The notes under the pieces: generated by a model
What the model was told of the DNA's origin: nothing
The model's database searches: none
The model's input: the letters and a program-made list of their open reading frames with translations, nothing else
Translations under genes and position numbers: made by a program
Shown here: positions 24,072-32,000 of the stretch, piece by piece
Layout of the letters: each line of letters begins with the position of its first letter
Numbering within the stretch: the stretch's first letter is position 1
Assembly: GCF_000017305.1 (NCBI RefSeq)
Contig: NC_009664.2
Span: forward strand, 3,180,001 to 3,212,000
Length of the DNA: 32,000 nucleotides
DNA from: Kineococcus radiotolerans SRS30216 = ATCC BAA-149
GTDB taxonomy: Bacteria > Actinomycetota > Actinomycetes > Actinomycetales > Kineococcaceae
Reading direction: 5' to 3'

Positions 24072-25181
24072 ATGTCGCCGCAGCGCCCCCGCGCGTCGGC
24101 GCTGCTCCCCCTGACCGTCGTGGTCCTCGTCGTCTGCGGGGTGCTCAGCCTCACCGCGGTGACCATGGAGGTCGGCTGGGGCGGGGTGCTGCCCGGCCTC
24201 GCGCTGGCCGCGGTGCCCGTCGGGCCGGTGCTCGCCACCGTCCTGTGGCTGGACCGCCACGAGGCGGAGCCGCCGCACCTGCTCGCCTTCGCCTTCGGGT
24301 GGGGGGCCTGCGTGGCGAGCCTGGGCGCGCTGGTGCTCAACACCGGGGTCTCGCGGCTGCTCGACCGGGCCGTGGGGGACGTCACCAACACCTCCGTCCT
24401 CGTCGCCCCCGTGGTCGAGGAGACGCTCAAGGGCCTCGGGGTGCTCCTGCTGCTGCTGCGGCAGCGCCGCCAGTTCGACGGCGTCGTCGACGGCATCGTC
24501 TACGCCGCCTTCGTCGGCGTCGGGTTCGCCTACCTGGAGAACGTCCTCTACCTCGGCCGCGCCCTGGGCGACGGCCACCCCTCCTCCCTGGTGGCGGTCT
24601 TCGTCCTGCGCTGCCTCGTCTCCCCGTTCGCGCACCCGCTGTTCACGATGGCCGTGGGGGTGGGGCTGGGGATCGCGGCCCGCCACCGCCGGCCCCTGCA
24701 CCGGGCGGGGGCGCCCCTGCTCGGTCTCGCCGTCGCCGTGGTCCTGCACGCGCTGTGGAACGCCAGCGCCGGGTCGGGGGCGGCGACCTTCGTGGAGACG
24801 TTCCTGCTGCTGCAGGTCCCCGTCTTCGCCGCGGCCGTCGCGGTGGCGCTCGCCGCCCGGGCCCGCGAGGCGCGGCTCATCGGGCGCCACCTGCAGGTGT
24901 ACGTCCGCACGGGCTGGCTGGGCGAGGGCGAGGTCGAGATGCTCGCCTCCGGCCGGCTGCGGCGCCAGGCCCGGTCGGCGGCCGCGGGCCCCGGGGGGCG
25001 CACGGCGGTGCGGGCGGTGCGGGAGTTCCAGGAGACCGCCACCGAGCTCGCGTTCCGCCGGGACCGGGTGCGGCGGGGGACGAGCCGGCCCGCGCCGGAG
25101 GAGGAGCTGGAGCTGCTGCAGCGCCTCGCCGCGCAGCGGGCCTCGGTGCTGGGGCTGCTGCCGCGGGCCGGGGGCGGGTAG
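24072..25181 (+). CDS. PrsW-family intramembrane glutamic/metallo-protease
   Basis: 369 aa. Multiple TM spans. PrsW motifs VVEETLKGLG (EExxK), GVGFAYLENVLY (FxxxE), SPFAHPLFT (HxxxF/T). Confidence 0.85.
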   Translation: MSPQRPRASALLPLTVVVLVVCGVLSLTAVTMEVGWGGVLPGLALAAVPVGPVLATVLWLDRHEAEPPHLLAFAFGWGACVASLGALVLNTGVSRLLDRAVGDVTNTSVLVAPVVEETLKGLGVLLLLLRQRRQFDGVVDGIVYAAFVGVGFAYLENVLYLGRALGDGHPSSLVAVFVLRCLVSPFAHPLFTMAVGVGLGIAARHRRPLHRAGAPLLGLAVAVVLHALWNASAGSGAATFVETFLLLQVPVFAAAVAVALAARAREARLIGRHLQVYVRTGWLGEGEVEMLASGRLRRQARSAAAGPGGRTAVRAVREFQETATELAFRRDRVRRGTSRPAPEEELELLQRLAAQRASVLGLLPRAGGG

Positions 25182-25306
25182 GCCCCCCGGGCCCGGGAGA
25201 CCTACCTCACAACGGGGCGCTGCCGGGACCTCCGGGCGGCGCCCCGCCCCGCGCAGGTCGTAACCTTCGGAGGTCCACCGATCGACGACGAACGAGGGTG
25301 AGCTCC

Positions 25307-26779
25307 GTGCCCGCATCGAACCGCTACGACGCCGTTCTCATCGGGGGCGGCGTGATGAGCGCCACGCTGGCGACGATGCTGGCCGAGCTCGAGCCGGACT
25401 GGAAGGTCCTGGTCCTGGAGAAGCTCGACACCGTGGGCGCCGAGAGCTCCGACATGTGGAACAACGCCGGCACCGGCCACTCGGCCCTGTGCGAGCTCAA
25501 CTACACCCCGGCCACCCCCGACGGCGGGGTCGACATCGGCAAGGCCGTCGCCATCAACGAGCAGTTCCAGCTGTCGCGGCAGTTCTGGGCGCACCTCGTC
25601 GAGGAGGGCGTCCTGCCCGACCCGGGGAACTTCATCAACTCCGTCCCGCACATGAGCTTCGTCCGCGGCGGGGACGTCGAGTTCCTCCGCGCCCGCTACG
25701 AGGCCCTCAGCCGCCACCCGCTGTTCGCGGGGATGGAGTGGTCCGAGGACCGGGCCGCGATCGGGGAGTGGGCGCCGCTGCTCATGGCCGGGCGCGCGGC
25801 GGGGGAGCGGGTCGCCGCCACCCGCGCGCAGGCGGGGACCGACGTCGACTTCGGGTCCCTGACCAAGCAGATGCTGGCCGGCGCCGCGAAGAACGGGGTC
25901 GAGCTCCTCACCGGGCACACCGTCAAGGACCTGCGCCGTCGCGGGTCGGGGTGGACCGTCGTCGGCGAGAGCACCGGCGCCTCCGGGGGCAGCTTCCAGG
26001 TGGCGACGCCGTTCGTGTTCGTCGGCTCCGGGGGCGGGGCGCTGCACCTGCTGCAGCGCAGCGGCATCCCCGAGGGCCAGGGCTTCGGCGGGTTCCCCGT
26101 CAGCGGGCAGTGGCTGCGCTGCACGAACGAGGAGGTCGTGGAGCGCCACGCGGCGAAGGTCTACGGGCAGGCCGAGGTCGGCGCCCCGCCGATGTCGGTC
26201 CCGCACCTGGACACCCGCTTCGACCACGGCCGCCGGGCGCTGATGTTCGGGCCCTACGCGGGGTTCTCGCCCAAGTTCCTCAAGCAGGGGTCGCTGCTGG
26301 ACCTGCCCCTGTCGGTGCGTCCGCACAACCTGCTGCCCATGCTGGCCGTGGCCCGCGACAACGTCTCGCTCATGACCTACCTGGGCAAGCAGATCGTGCA
26401 GTCCACCGACCAGCGCCTGGAGGCGCTGCGGGTGTTCTACCCCGACGCCCGGAGCGACGACTGGGAGCTGCTCACGGCCGGCCAGCGGGTCCAGGTGATC
26501 AAGAAGGGCCCCCGGGGCGGGGTGCTGCAGTTCGGCACCGAGCTCGTGCACGCCGGGGACGGGTCGGTCGCGGCGCTGCTGGGGGCCTCCCCGGGAGCCT
26601 CCACCGCCGTCGAGGTCATGCTGCGGCTGCTGCGGCAGTGCTTCCCCGCCCACCAGGAGCTGTGGCGCGAGCGCCTCACCGCGATGGTGCCCTCCTACGG
26701 CACGAAGCTGTCCGAGGACACCGACCTGCTCACCGCGACGCTGGCGCGCACCAGCGACGTCCTCCGGCTCGCCGCCTGA
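25307..26779 (+). CDS. mqo: Malate:quinone oxidoreductase
   Basis: 490 aa from GTG 25307 (GAGGG 8 nt upstream; alternative GTG 25298). YDAVLIGGGVMSATLATMLAELEPDW, ESSDMWNNAGTGHSALCELNYTP are classic Mqo N-terminal motifs. The 1092-aa track ORF is an off-gene upstream extension. Confidence 0.9.
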   Translation: MPASNRYDAVLIGGGVMSATLATMLAELEPDWKVLVLEKLDTVGAESSDMWNNAGTGHSALCELNYTPATPDGGVDIGKAVAINEQFQLSRQFWAHLVEEGVLPDPGNFINSVPHMSFVRGGDVEFLRARYEALSRHPLFAGMEWSEDRAAIGEWAPLLMAGRAAGERVAATRAQAGTDVDFGSLTKQMLAGAAKNGVELLTGHTVKDLRRRGSGWTVVGESTGASGGSFQVATPFVFVGSGGGALHLLQRSGIPEGQGFGGFPVSGQWLRCTNEEVVERHAAKVYGQAEVGAPPMSVPHLDTRFDHGRRALMFGPYAGFSPKFLKQGSLLDLPLSVRPHNLLPMLAVARDNVSLMTYLGKQIVQSTDQRLEALRVFYPDARSDDWELLTAGQRVQVIKKGPRGGVLQFGTELVHAGDGSVAALLGASPGASTAVEVMLRLLRQCFPAHQELWRERLTAMVPSYGTKLSEDTDLLTATLARTSDVLRLAA

Positions 26780-26781
26780 GC

Positions 26782-26813
26782 CGGGCGCCCGGTCCGCGCG
26801 GACCGGGCGCCCG
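26782..26813. terminator. Near-perfect 32-bp GC palindrome between convergent mqo and the PPOX gene
   Basis: c-gggcgcccggtccg-cg-cggaccgggcgccc-g. Confidence 0.6.
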
Positions 26814-26828
26814 CGGCGGTCCGCGCGA

Positions 26829-27236
26829 TCAGTCCTTCCCGGCCGCGCCCCAGCCGTGCCAGCGCTCGATCTCCACGAGGACGGTCACCCGGGGACGGTC
26901 CCGGTTCGGGTAGGGGCCGCCGGTGTAGTGGGTCGAGACGCGGTCGATGTCGGCGAGGCCGGGGTCGTCGCGGATCTCGGTGACCCGCCCCTGCACGCTG
27001 ACGTGGGTGTACCAGTCGCCCTCGGCGAGCGCGGTCAGCGAGACCTGCGGGTTCGCCCGCAGGTGCCGCAGGCGGGCCCGGCCCGCGTCGAGGTTGAGCA
27101 GCAGCTGCCCGTCCTCGTAGAGGTACCAGGTGGCCACCGTCACCGGGTGCCCGTCGGGGTGGATCGTGCCCATGACCGCCGGGTTGGGGCGGGCGAACAG
27201 CGCGGCGACGTCGTCGGGCAGCGGGGGCTCGGACAC
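26829..27236 (-). CDS. PPOX-class (pyridoxamine 5'-phosphate oxidase-like) probable F420-dependent enzyme
   Basis: 135 aa from GTG 27236 (GGAGGA upstream). NPAVMGTIHPDGHPVTVATWYLYEDGQLLLNLDAGRARLRHLRANPQVSL fits the split-barrel PPOX/F420 family. Confidence 0.8.
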   Translation of the reverse strand: MSEPPLPDDVAALFARPNPAVMGTIHPDGHPVTVATWYLYEDGQLLLNLDAGRARLRHLRANPQVSLTALAEGDWYTHVSVQGRVTEIRDDPGLADIDRVSTHYTGGPYPNRDRPRVTVLVEIERWHGWGAAGKD

Positions 27237-27304
27237 GGTTCCTCCAGGGGGGTGCGGGTGGGATCCTGAGCACCGTACGACACCACCCGCGAGGAGGGGC
27301 CACC

Positions 27305-27796
27305 GTGCGCTGGAGCGTGCTGCCGTCACCGCTGGGCGAGCTCACCGTCGCCCGCACCGGGGCGGGACTGGCCGGGATCTGGTTCGCCGACCACCGCGGC
27401 GGGGTGAGCGAGACCCTCACCACCCGCGACGACACCGCCTTCGACGACGTCGCCGCCCAGCTCGCGGAGTACTTCGCCGGGTCCCGCCGCACCTTCGACC
27501 TGCCGCTGGACCCCCGCGGGGACGTGTTCGCCCGGTCGGTGTGGGACGCCCTGCGGGAGATCCCCCACGGCAGCACGGCGACCTACGGCGACATCGCCCG
27601 CCGCCTCGGCGGGATCGGGCACGCCCAGGCCGTCGGCGTCGCCAACGGCCGCAACCCGCTCTCCGTCGTCGTGCCCTGCCACCGCGTCGTGGGGCGCGAC
27701 GGGGCCCTCGTCGGCTACGCGGGCGGGCTGTGGCGCAAGCGGTTCCTGCTCAGCCTGGAGGAGCCCGCGGCGGCCGAGGGGGGACGCCTCTTCTGA
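27305..27796 (+). CDS. ogt: Methylated-DNA--protein-cysteine methyltransferase
   Basis: 163 aa. IPHGSTATYGDIARRLG, NPLSVVVPCHRVV (PCHR active site), YAGGLWRKRFLL. GGAGG Shine-Dalgarno sequence upstream of GTG 27305. Confidence 0.9.
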   Translation: MRWSVLPSPLGELTVARTGAGLAGIWFADHRGGVSETLTTRDDTAFDDVAAQLAEYFAGSRRTFDLPLDPRGDVFARSVWDALREIPHGSTATYGDIARRLGGIGHAQAVGVANGRNPLSVVVPCHRVVGRDGALVGYAGGLWRKRFLLSLEEPAAAEGGRLF

Positions 27797-27860
27797 GCGG
27801 CGCCGCCCCGCCCGGGCGCCCCGCGGGCCCGGTGGGGACGGCTGGGGGCGCCTGGGGCGG

Positions 27861-28424
27861 CTAGGAGCGCGAGGAGGTCCCGGGGGCGCGCCCCGCCCCG
27901 TCCAGCCGCTCCCGCACGTGGGCCACGACGGCGTCGGCGGCGGCCTCGACCTGCTCCAGGGTCCGCTCGAAGTCGGTGCGGTCGCCGTACCAGGGGTCCT
28001 CGATGTCGAGGTCGGACTCGTCGACCCCTCCTCCGTCCCGCGCGTCGAGGCCGGGGGCGGCGGGGTCGAAAGACCGGTACATCGCCACCCGCCCGGCGCT
28101 GGCCTCGTCGGGGGCCTGGGTGCGCAGCCAGCGGGCGTGCCGGGAGGTCATGGCCAGCAGCAGGTCCCGCTGCCCGATCTCCTCCGCGGTGGCCCGGTGG
28201 GCGCGGTGCGCGGGCACCTCGTAGCCGTGCTCGCGCAGCACCGACGCCGCGCGCCGGTCGATCGGGTTGCCCTCCTCCTCGTCGGAGATCCCGGAGGAGT
28301 CCACGACGACGCGGTCGGCGAGACCGGCCGAGGCCAGGCGCTCGCGCAGCACCACCTCCGCCATCGGGGAGCGGCAGATGTTGCCGGTGCAGACGGTCAT
28401 GATGCGCAGCGGATCGGTACTCAC
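27861..28424 (-). CDS. Low-molecular-weight protein-tyrosine phosphatase
   Basis: 187 aa. VCTGNICRSPMAE (C-X5-R-S P-loop) and DIEDPWYG (Asp loop). GTG 28424 is preceded by CACAAT-N6 (28431-28436, leaderless-type geometry). Confidence 0.9.
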   Translation of the reverse strand: MSTDPLRIMTVCTGNICRSPMAEVVLRERLASAGLADRVVVDSSGISDEEEGNPIDRRAASVLREHGYEVPAHRAHRATAEEIGQRDLLLAMTSRHARWLRTQAPDEASAGRVAMYRSFDPAAPGLDARDGGGVDESDLDIEDPWYGDRTDFERTLEQVEAAADAVVAHVRERLDGAGRAPGTSSRS

Positions 28425-28559
28425 CCCCGCATTGTGTCGAACTCGGCCACCGCGTCCCCTTGTGGCGTCGCTGTGAGTGGTGAAAGCTCACAGCGCGCAC
28501 CGGTCCTGGGCCTTCCGGGTGAAGAGCACCCGGGGACCGGCTCGATCCAGGAGGAATGC

Positions 28560-30803
28560 ATGGGTTTCGACCCTTCGCGCGGGGGCCGGCTGGCCCTGGC
28601 CGCGCTGTCGGTGACGGCGCTCGCCGTCCCGGCGACGGCGGCCGCCGCGGCCGCCGCACCGGCGTCGTCCGCGGCCCCCGCCGCGTCCGACGTCCGTCTG
28701 CTCGACGGCGACTACAAGGGCGGGGCGCTGCTGCCCCTCGCCGAGACGACCACCGCGGAGGTGGGCGCCGAGGCCCGCTCCACGCTCTCCGCCCAGCGGC
28801 CCCGTCCCGGCGGGAAGCTGCGCGTCGGTGACCGCCGGGACTGGCCCTCGCTCATCGACGGCGGGGTCACCCCCGAGGGCGAGGTGATCGGCTCCGCCAT
28901 CGACGTGCGCGGGTACACCCTGCGCGGGCTCGGCGACCACATCGAGGTCTGGGTCGCCGACGACCTCGGCTTCCCCGACGGCGACTGCCGCAACAGCCTC
29001 TCCGGGGGGGCGCTGACCACCGTCACCCGCAAGCAGGCCCAGAGCTTCGCCGACGAGTTCGACGACAACGTGCTCCCGATGGAGTCCGAGGCGTTCTCCG
29101 TCGCCCCCGACCGCGACGGGTCCGAGGCGGTGTTCGCCGACCTGTTCCCCGAAGGGACCTACCCCGCCGACACCTGGGAGGGCGAGGGCGACCGCACCGT
29201 CGCCCTCATCGACAACGTCCGGGACCAGAACTACTACGACCCGACGAACGAGAACGGCCGCACCTACATCGCCGGCTTCTTCTTCTCGACCTTCAACGAG
29301 CTGCTCGACCGCAACGTCATGACCATCGACGGGTTCGACTGGTTGCACCGCACGGGCACCAACCCCCCGGACGACTCCGAGGACGCCGACTACCAGGCGT
29401 GCGCGGAGTTCCTGGGCCGTCCCGGCCTCGGCGAGGCCAGCCCCCGCACCTACGAGGGCACCTTCGCCCACGAGTACCAGCACCTCCTGCAGTACTACGC
29501 CGACCCCGACGAGGTGAACTGGGTCAACGAGGGCCTCTCCGACTGGGCGCAGACCCTCGTCGGCTACGTCGACCCCACCATCCCGCTCGACGACCCCGCC
29601 GCCGACAACCACCTGGCGACGTTCTACGGCTGGAACCCGCAGCAGAGCTTCGGCGGACCGGAGCAGTCCGTCACCCAGTGGGGCGACCAGGGCGACCCGG
29701 AGACCCTCGCCGACTACGGCGCCGTCTACGCGTTCATGCTCTACCTCTTCGACCACTTCGGTGGCGACGCGTTCATGAGCCAGCTGCACGACGAACCCGA
29801 GAACGGGCTGGTCGGGCTGCAGCGGGTGCTGGACCGGACCGGACACCGCGTGCAGGCGCAGGACGTCCTGCACGACTTCCTGGCCGCGAACGCCGTCGAC
29901 GCGGCCATCGATGCGGGTGCGAAGGTCAAGCGCGGGAACGCGGGGAAGCTCACGACCGCGTCGCTGTCGGCGAAGGTCAACTGGGACACCCCGCAGGCCT
30001 ACGACTCGCCCGGTGCCCCCGTCAACGGGGCCGACTACGTCCGGCTGCGCAACCTCGACGGGTACCTCTCCGACGGGTTCGTCGACTTCGTCGGGGCGAA
30101 GAACTACCCCACGACCCCGGTCGAGTGGACCGTCGAGGACGGCGCCCTCGTCTCCGGCAGCGGCGACAACCTCGACCGCGCGGTCGTGCGGACCGTGGAC
30201 GTCCCGGCCGCCGACCCGACCATCACCCTCGACCTCGAGCTGGACACCGAGGAGGGCTACGACTACTTCTACGTCCAGGCCCACGACCCGGCCACGGGCA
30301 CGTGGGTGAACCTGCCCACCGAGGGGGCCGACGAGACCACCGGCGGTCTGTCCGGGACGTTCTCCGGTGAGCGGACCTGGGACGCCTCGGCCTTCGCGGG
30401 CCGCAGCGTCGACCTCGCCCTGCGCTACGTCACCGACGGCGGGGTCTCGAACCCCGGGGTCGTCGTGCGGTCGGTGCGCGTCGGCGGCGTCGAACTGCCG
30501 GGCGTCGCGGACCTGTCGACCTGGAAGTCCCTCACCCAGGCGCACCCCGTACCGGTCGCCGGCTGGACCGTGCAGCTCGTCGGCTACGACGCCGGGCGCG
30601 CCTCCGTCGTGAAGCTGCCGACCGTGTCCACGCCCTGGGGCTGGAAGACCGTCGCCCCGGTCTCCCTCGTCCTGGGCTTCAAGCCGGAGGTCGCCGCGGT
30701 GATCGTGACCGCCGACGACCCGACCGAGACGGCGCCCGCGTACGCGCCGTACCAGCTGTTCGCCAACGGGGTCCTGCAGCCCGGCGGTGGCTCGGGCGCC
30801 TGA
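28560..30803 (+). CDS. Secreted zinc metalloprotease, immune-inhibitor-A-like / gluzincin (HEYQH...NEGLSD)
   Basis: 747 aa from ATG 28560 (GGAGGA upstream). Ala-rich signal peptide. FAHEYQHLLQYYADPDEVNWVNEGLSDW = HExxH plus a downstream Glu. C-terminal region with EEGYDYFYVQAHDPATGTWVNL resembling InhA-type accessory domains. Exact MEROPS family not resolved by eye. Confidence 0.8.
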   Translation: MGFDPSRGGRLALAALSVTALAVPATAAAAAAAPASSAAPAASDVRLLDGDYKGGALLPLAETTTAEVGAEARSTLSAQRPRPGGKLRVGDRRDWPSLIDGGVTPEGEVIGSAIDVRGYTLRGLGDHIEVWVADDLGFPDGDCRNSLSGGALTTVTRKQAQSFADEFDDNVLPMESEAFSVAPDRDGSEAVFADLFPEGTYPADTWEGEGDRTVALIDNVRDQNYYDPTNENGRTYIAGFFFSTFNELLDRNVMTIDGFDWLHRTGTNPPDDSEDADYQACAEFLGRPGLGEASPRTYEGTFAHEYQHLLQYYADPDEVNWVNEGLSDWAQTLVGYVDPTIPLDDPAADNHLATFYGWNPQQSFGGPEQSVTQWGDQGDPETLADYGAVYAFMLYLFDHFGGDAFMSQLHDEPENGLVGLQRVLDRTGHRVQAQDVLHDFLAANAVDAAIDAGAKVKRGNAGKLTTASLSAKVNWDTPQAYDSPGAPVNGADYVRLRNLDGYLSDGFVDFVGAKNYPTTPVEWTVEDGALVSGSGDNLDRAVVRTVDVPAADPTITLDLELDTEEGYDYFYVQAHDPATGTWVNLPTEGADETTGGLSGTFSGERTWDASAFAGRSVDLALRYVTDGGVSNPGVVVRSVRVGGVELPGVADLSTWKSLTQAHPVPVAGWTVQLVGYDAGRASVVKLPTVSTPWGWKTVAPVSLVLGFKPEVAAVIVTADDPTETAPAYAPYQLFANGVLQPGGGSGA

Positions 30804-30821
30804 GCCTCCGCGCCCGGACGA

Positions 30822-30859
30822 CAGCGGCCCCGGGACCCGTGAGGGTCCCGGGGCCGCTG
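30822..30859. terminator. 17-bp perfect stem / 4-nt loop hairpin between the convergent protease and symporter genes
   Basis: cagcggccccgggaccc-gtga-gggtcccggggccgctg. Confidence 0.65.
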
Positions 30860-30870
30860 CGCGTGCGGGG

Positions 30871-32000
30871 TCAGACGATCGCGAAGAGCACGTACCCGCC
30901 GACGGCCAGCACCAGCACGATCACGCTGAGGACCGTGGGGGAGCGGTACCAGCCGGCCTCGCGCGGCACGGCCCGCACCGAGGCGGGGGTGAGGGACCAG
31001 ACCAGCCCCGCCAGGTCCGCCTCCGGCTTGGGCGTCCCGGCGCGGGAGATCAGCCAGCCGACGAGGACGGCCACGACGGTCGCGACCCCGCCGCCGAGGA
31101 AGCTGGAACCCTGACCGGACAGGTCGAGGACACCCACCTGGTTCAGCACGAAGACGAGGACCGCGCTGAGCGTCCCCGACAGCAGGCCCCAGAAGCCGCC
31201 CGTCCCGGTGAGCTTCTTCCAGAACAGGCCGAACGCGAACACCGCGAACAGCGGGACGTTGAAGAACGAGAACAGCGTCTGGATGTAGTCCATGATGTTC
31301 GTGAAACCCGCGGCGATGAAGGCGGTGCCGATCGCCAGCACCGTCCCCACGACGGTGACCGTGCGGCCCACGTTCAGGTAGTACCGGTCGTCGCGGCCCG
31401 GGCGCAGCCAGTCCTGCCACAGGTCGTAGGTGAAAACGGTGTTGAACGAGCTCACGTTGGCGGCCATGCCGGCCATGAACGCCGCGAGCAGACCGGCGAG
31501 GGCCACCCCGAGGAAACCGTTCGGCAGCAGTTCCCGCAGCAGCAGCGGGACGGCGTCGTTGTAGGTGACGTCGCTGGGCAGGCCCTTCTTCAGGCTCTCG
31601 ATGCCCGGGATGAGGACCGCGGCGATCATGCCGGGGATGATGATGACCAGCGCGATGAGGACCTTCGGGATCGCCGCGATGAGCGGGGTCCGCTGGGCCG
31701 CGGCCGCGTTGCGGGCCGAGAACGCCCGCTGCACCTCGGTGAAGTTCGTCGTCCAGTAGCCGAAGCTCGTGACGAACCCCAGGCCGAGGACGACCCCGAA
31801 CGTGGAGCCGATGGCGCTGCCGATGCCGGTGAGGTCCTGGGCCGGGAACGCCTGCAGCATGTTCTCGCTGCCCTGGTCGGTGAGGCGGCCCACCAGGCCG
31901 TCCCAGCCGCCGACGCGGTGCAGGCCGACGATCGTGATCGGGACCATCGTCACCACGATGACGAAGAACTGCAGGACCTCGTTGTAGATCGCGGCCGAGA
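30871..32000 (-). CDS. Sodium:solute symporter (SSS) family transporter, C-terminal ~375 aa (5' end outside window)
   Basis: Frame is open to the window edge. GYWTTNFTEVQRAFSARNAAAAQRTPLIAA, multiple TM spans and a C-terminal terminal helix are typical of SglT/PutP-like SSS proteins. TGA at 30871-30873. Confidence 0.85.
   Translation of the reverse strand, partial: SAAIYNEVLQFFVIVVTMVPITIVGLHRVGGWDGLVGRLTDQGSENMLQAFPAQDLTGIGSAIGSTFGVVLGLGFVTSFGYWTTNFTEVQRAFSARNAAAAQRTPLIAAIPKVLIALVIIIPGMIAAVLIPGIESLKKGLPSDVTYNDAVPLLLRELLPNGFLGVALAGLLAAFMAGMAANVSSFNTVFTYDLWQDWLRPGRDDRYYLNVGRTVTVVGTVLAIGTAFIAAGFTNIMDYIQTLFSFFNVPLFAVFAFGLFWKKLTGTGGFWGLLSGTLSAVLVFVLNQVGVLDLSGQGSSFLGGGVATVVAVLVGWLISRAGTPKPEADLAGLVWSLTPASVRAVPREAGWYRSPTVLSVIVLVLAVGGYVLFAIV

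Noticed and set aside
23501-25306. N-terminal 600 aa of the 1092-aa ORF that ends as mqo, which would suggest a giant fusion protein.
   Set aside because: The upstream part is antisense to orn and off-frame to prsW, and it is compositionally junk. The canonical Mqo N-terminus (YDAVLIGGG) begins right after GTG 25307, which has its own Shine-Dalgarno sequence.
28471-28493. TGTGA...TCACA as a CRP/GlxR-type binding site.
   Set aside because: The half-sites are separated by 11 nt rather than the 6 nt of the TGTGA-N6-TCACA consensus. I kept it only as a generic inverted repeat.
27918-28559. N-terminal 214-aa extension of the metalloprotease ORF.
   Set aside because: It is antisense to the LMW-PTP gene and has no motifs. 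ATG 28560 has a GGAGGA Shine-Dalgarno sequence and is followed immediately by a signal peptide.

Overview
This is very GC-rich DNA (roughly 70-75% by eye) with the gene content and codon bias (GC3 above 90% in real frames) of an Actinomycetota chromosome. I can support 33 protein-coding genes (two truncated at the window edges), 2 tRNAs (Lys-CTT, His-GTG), six GC-rich hairpin terminators, and a set of candidate promoters and operators.

Layout:
- 1-2.6 kb: LacI fragment, OhrR-type MarR regulator, GAF-GGDEF cyclase, small hypothetical.
- 2.6-11.5 kb: a seven-gene minus-strand glycan-utilisation operon (CUT1 ABC importer without an ATPase, cytoplasmic GH20, ROK kinase, GH125 alpha-mannosidase) with a divergent ROK repressor.
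- 11.5-15.3 kb: a ribose-type (CUT2) ABC transporter.
- 15.3-20.8 kb: F420-type LLM oxidoreductase, MFS transporter, trmB, sugar-phosphate isomerase plus Gfo/Idh/MocA pair, TetR.
- 20.8-23.3 kb: DUF202 pair, tRNA-Lys, two orphan proteins, tRNA-His.
- 23.3-32 kb: orn, PrsW protease, mqo, PPOX/F420 enzyme, ogt, LMW tyrosine phosphatase, secreted InhA-like metalloprotease, sodium:solute symporter fragment.

I see no CRISPR array, IS element, integrase, phage gene, toxin-antitoxin pair or recognisable defence system. This reads as an ordinary core-genome region, and I cannot honestly point to a clearly novel multi-gene system.

The observations most worth a second look:
- The GH125-ROK-GH20 plus ABC operon and its candidate operator.
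- A recurrent leaderless-promoter geometry (-10 hexamer, 6-7 nt, start codon) at about a third of the genes, with two pairs of near-identical promoter cores.
- A 420-bp gene-poor interval between the tRNAs that holds a possible unannotated small ORF.
- A doubly structured leader upstream of the metalloprotease gene.

The many very long ORFs in the six-frame track (up to 1250 aa) are off-frame or antisense artefacts of the high GC content.
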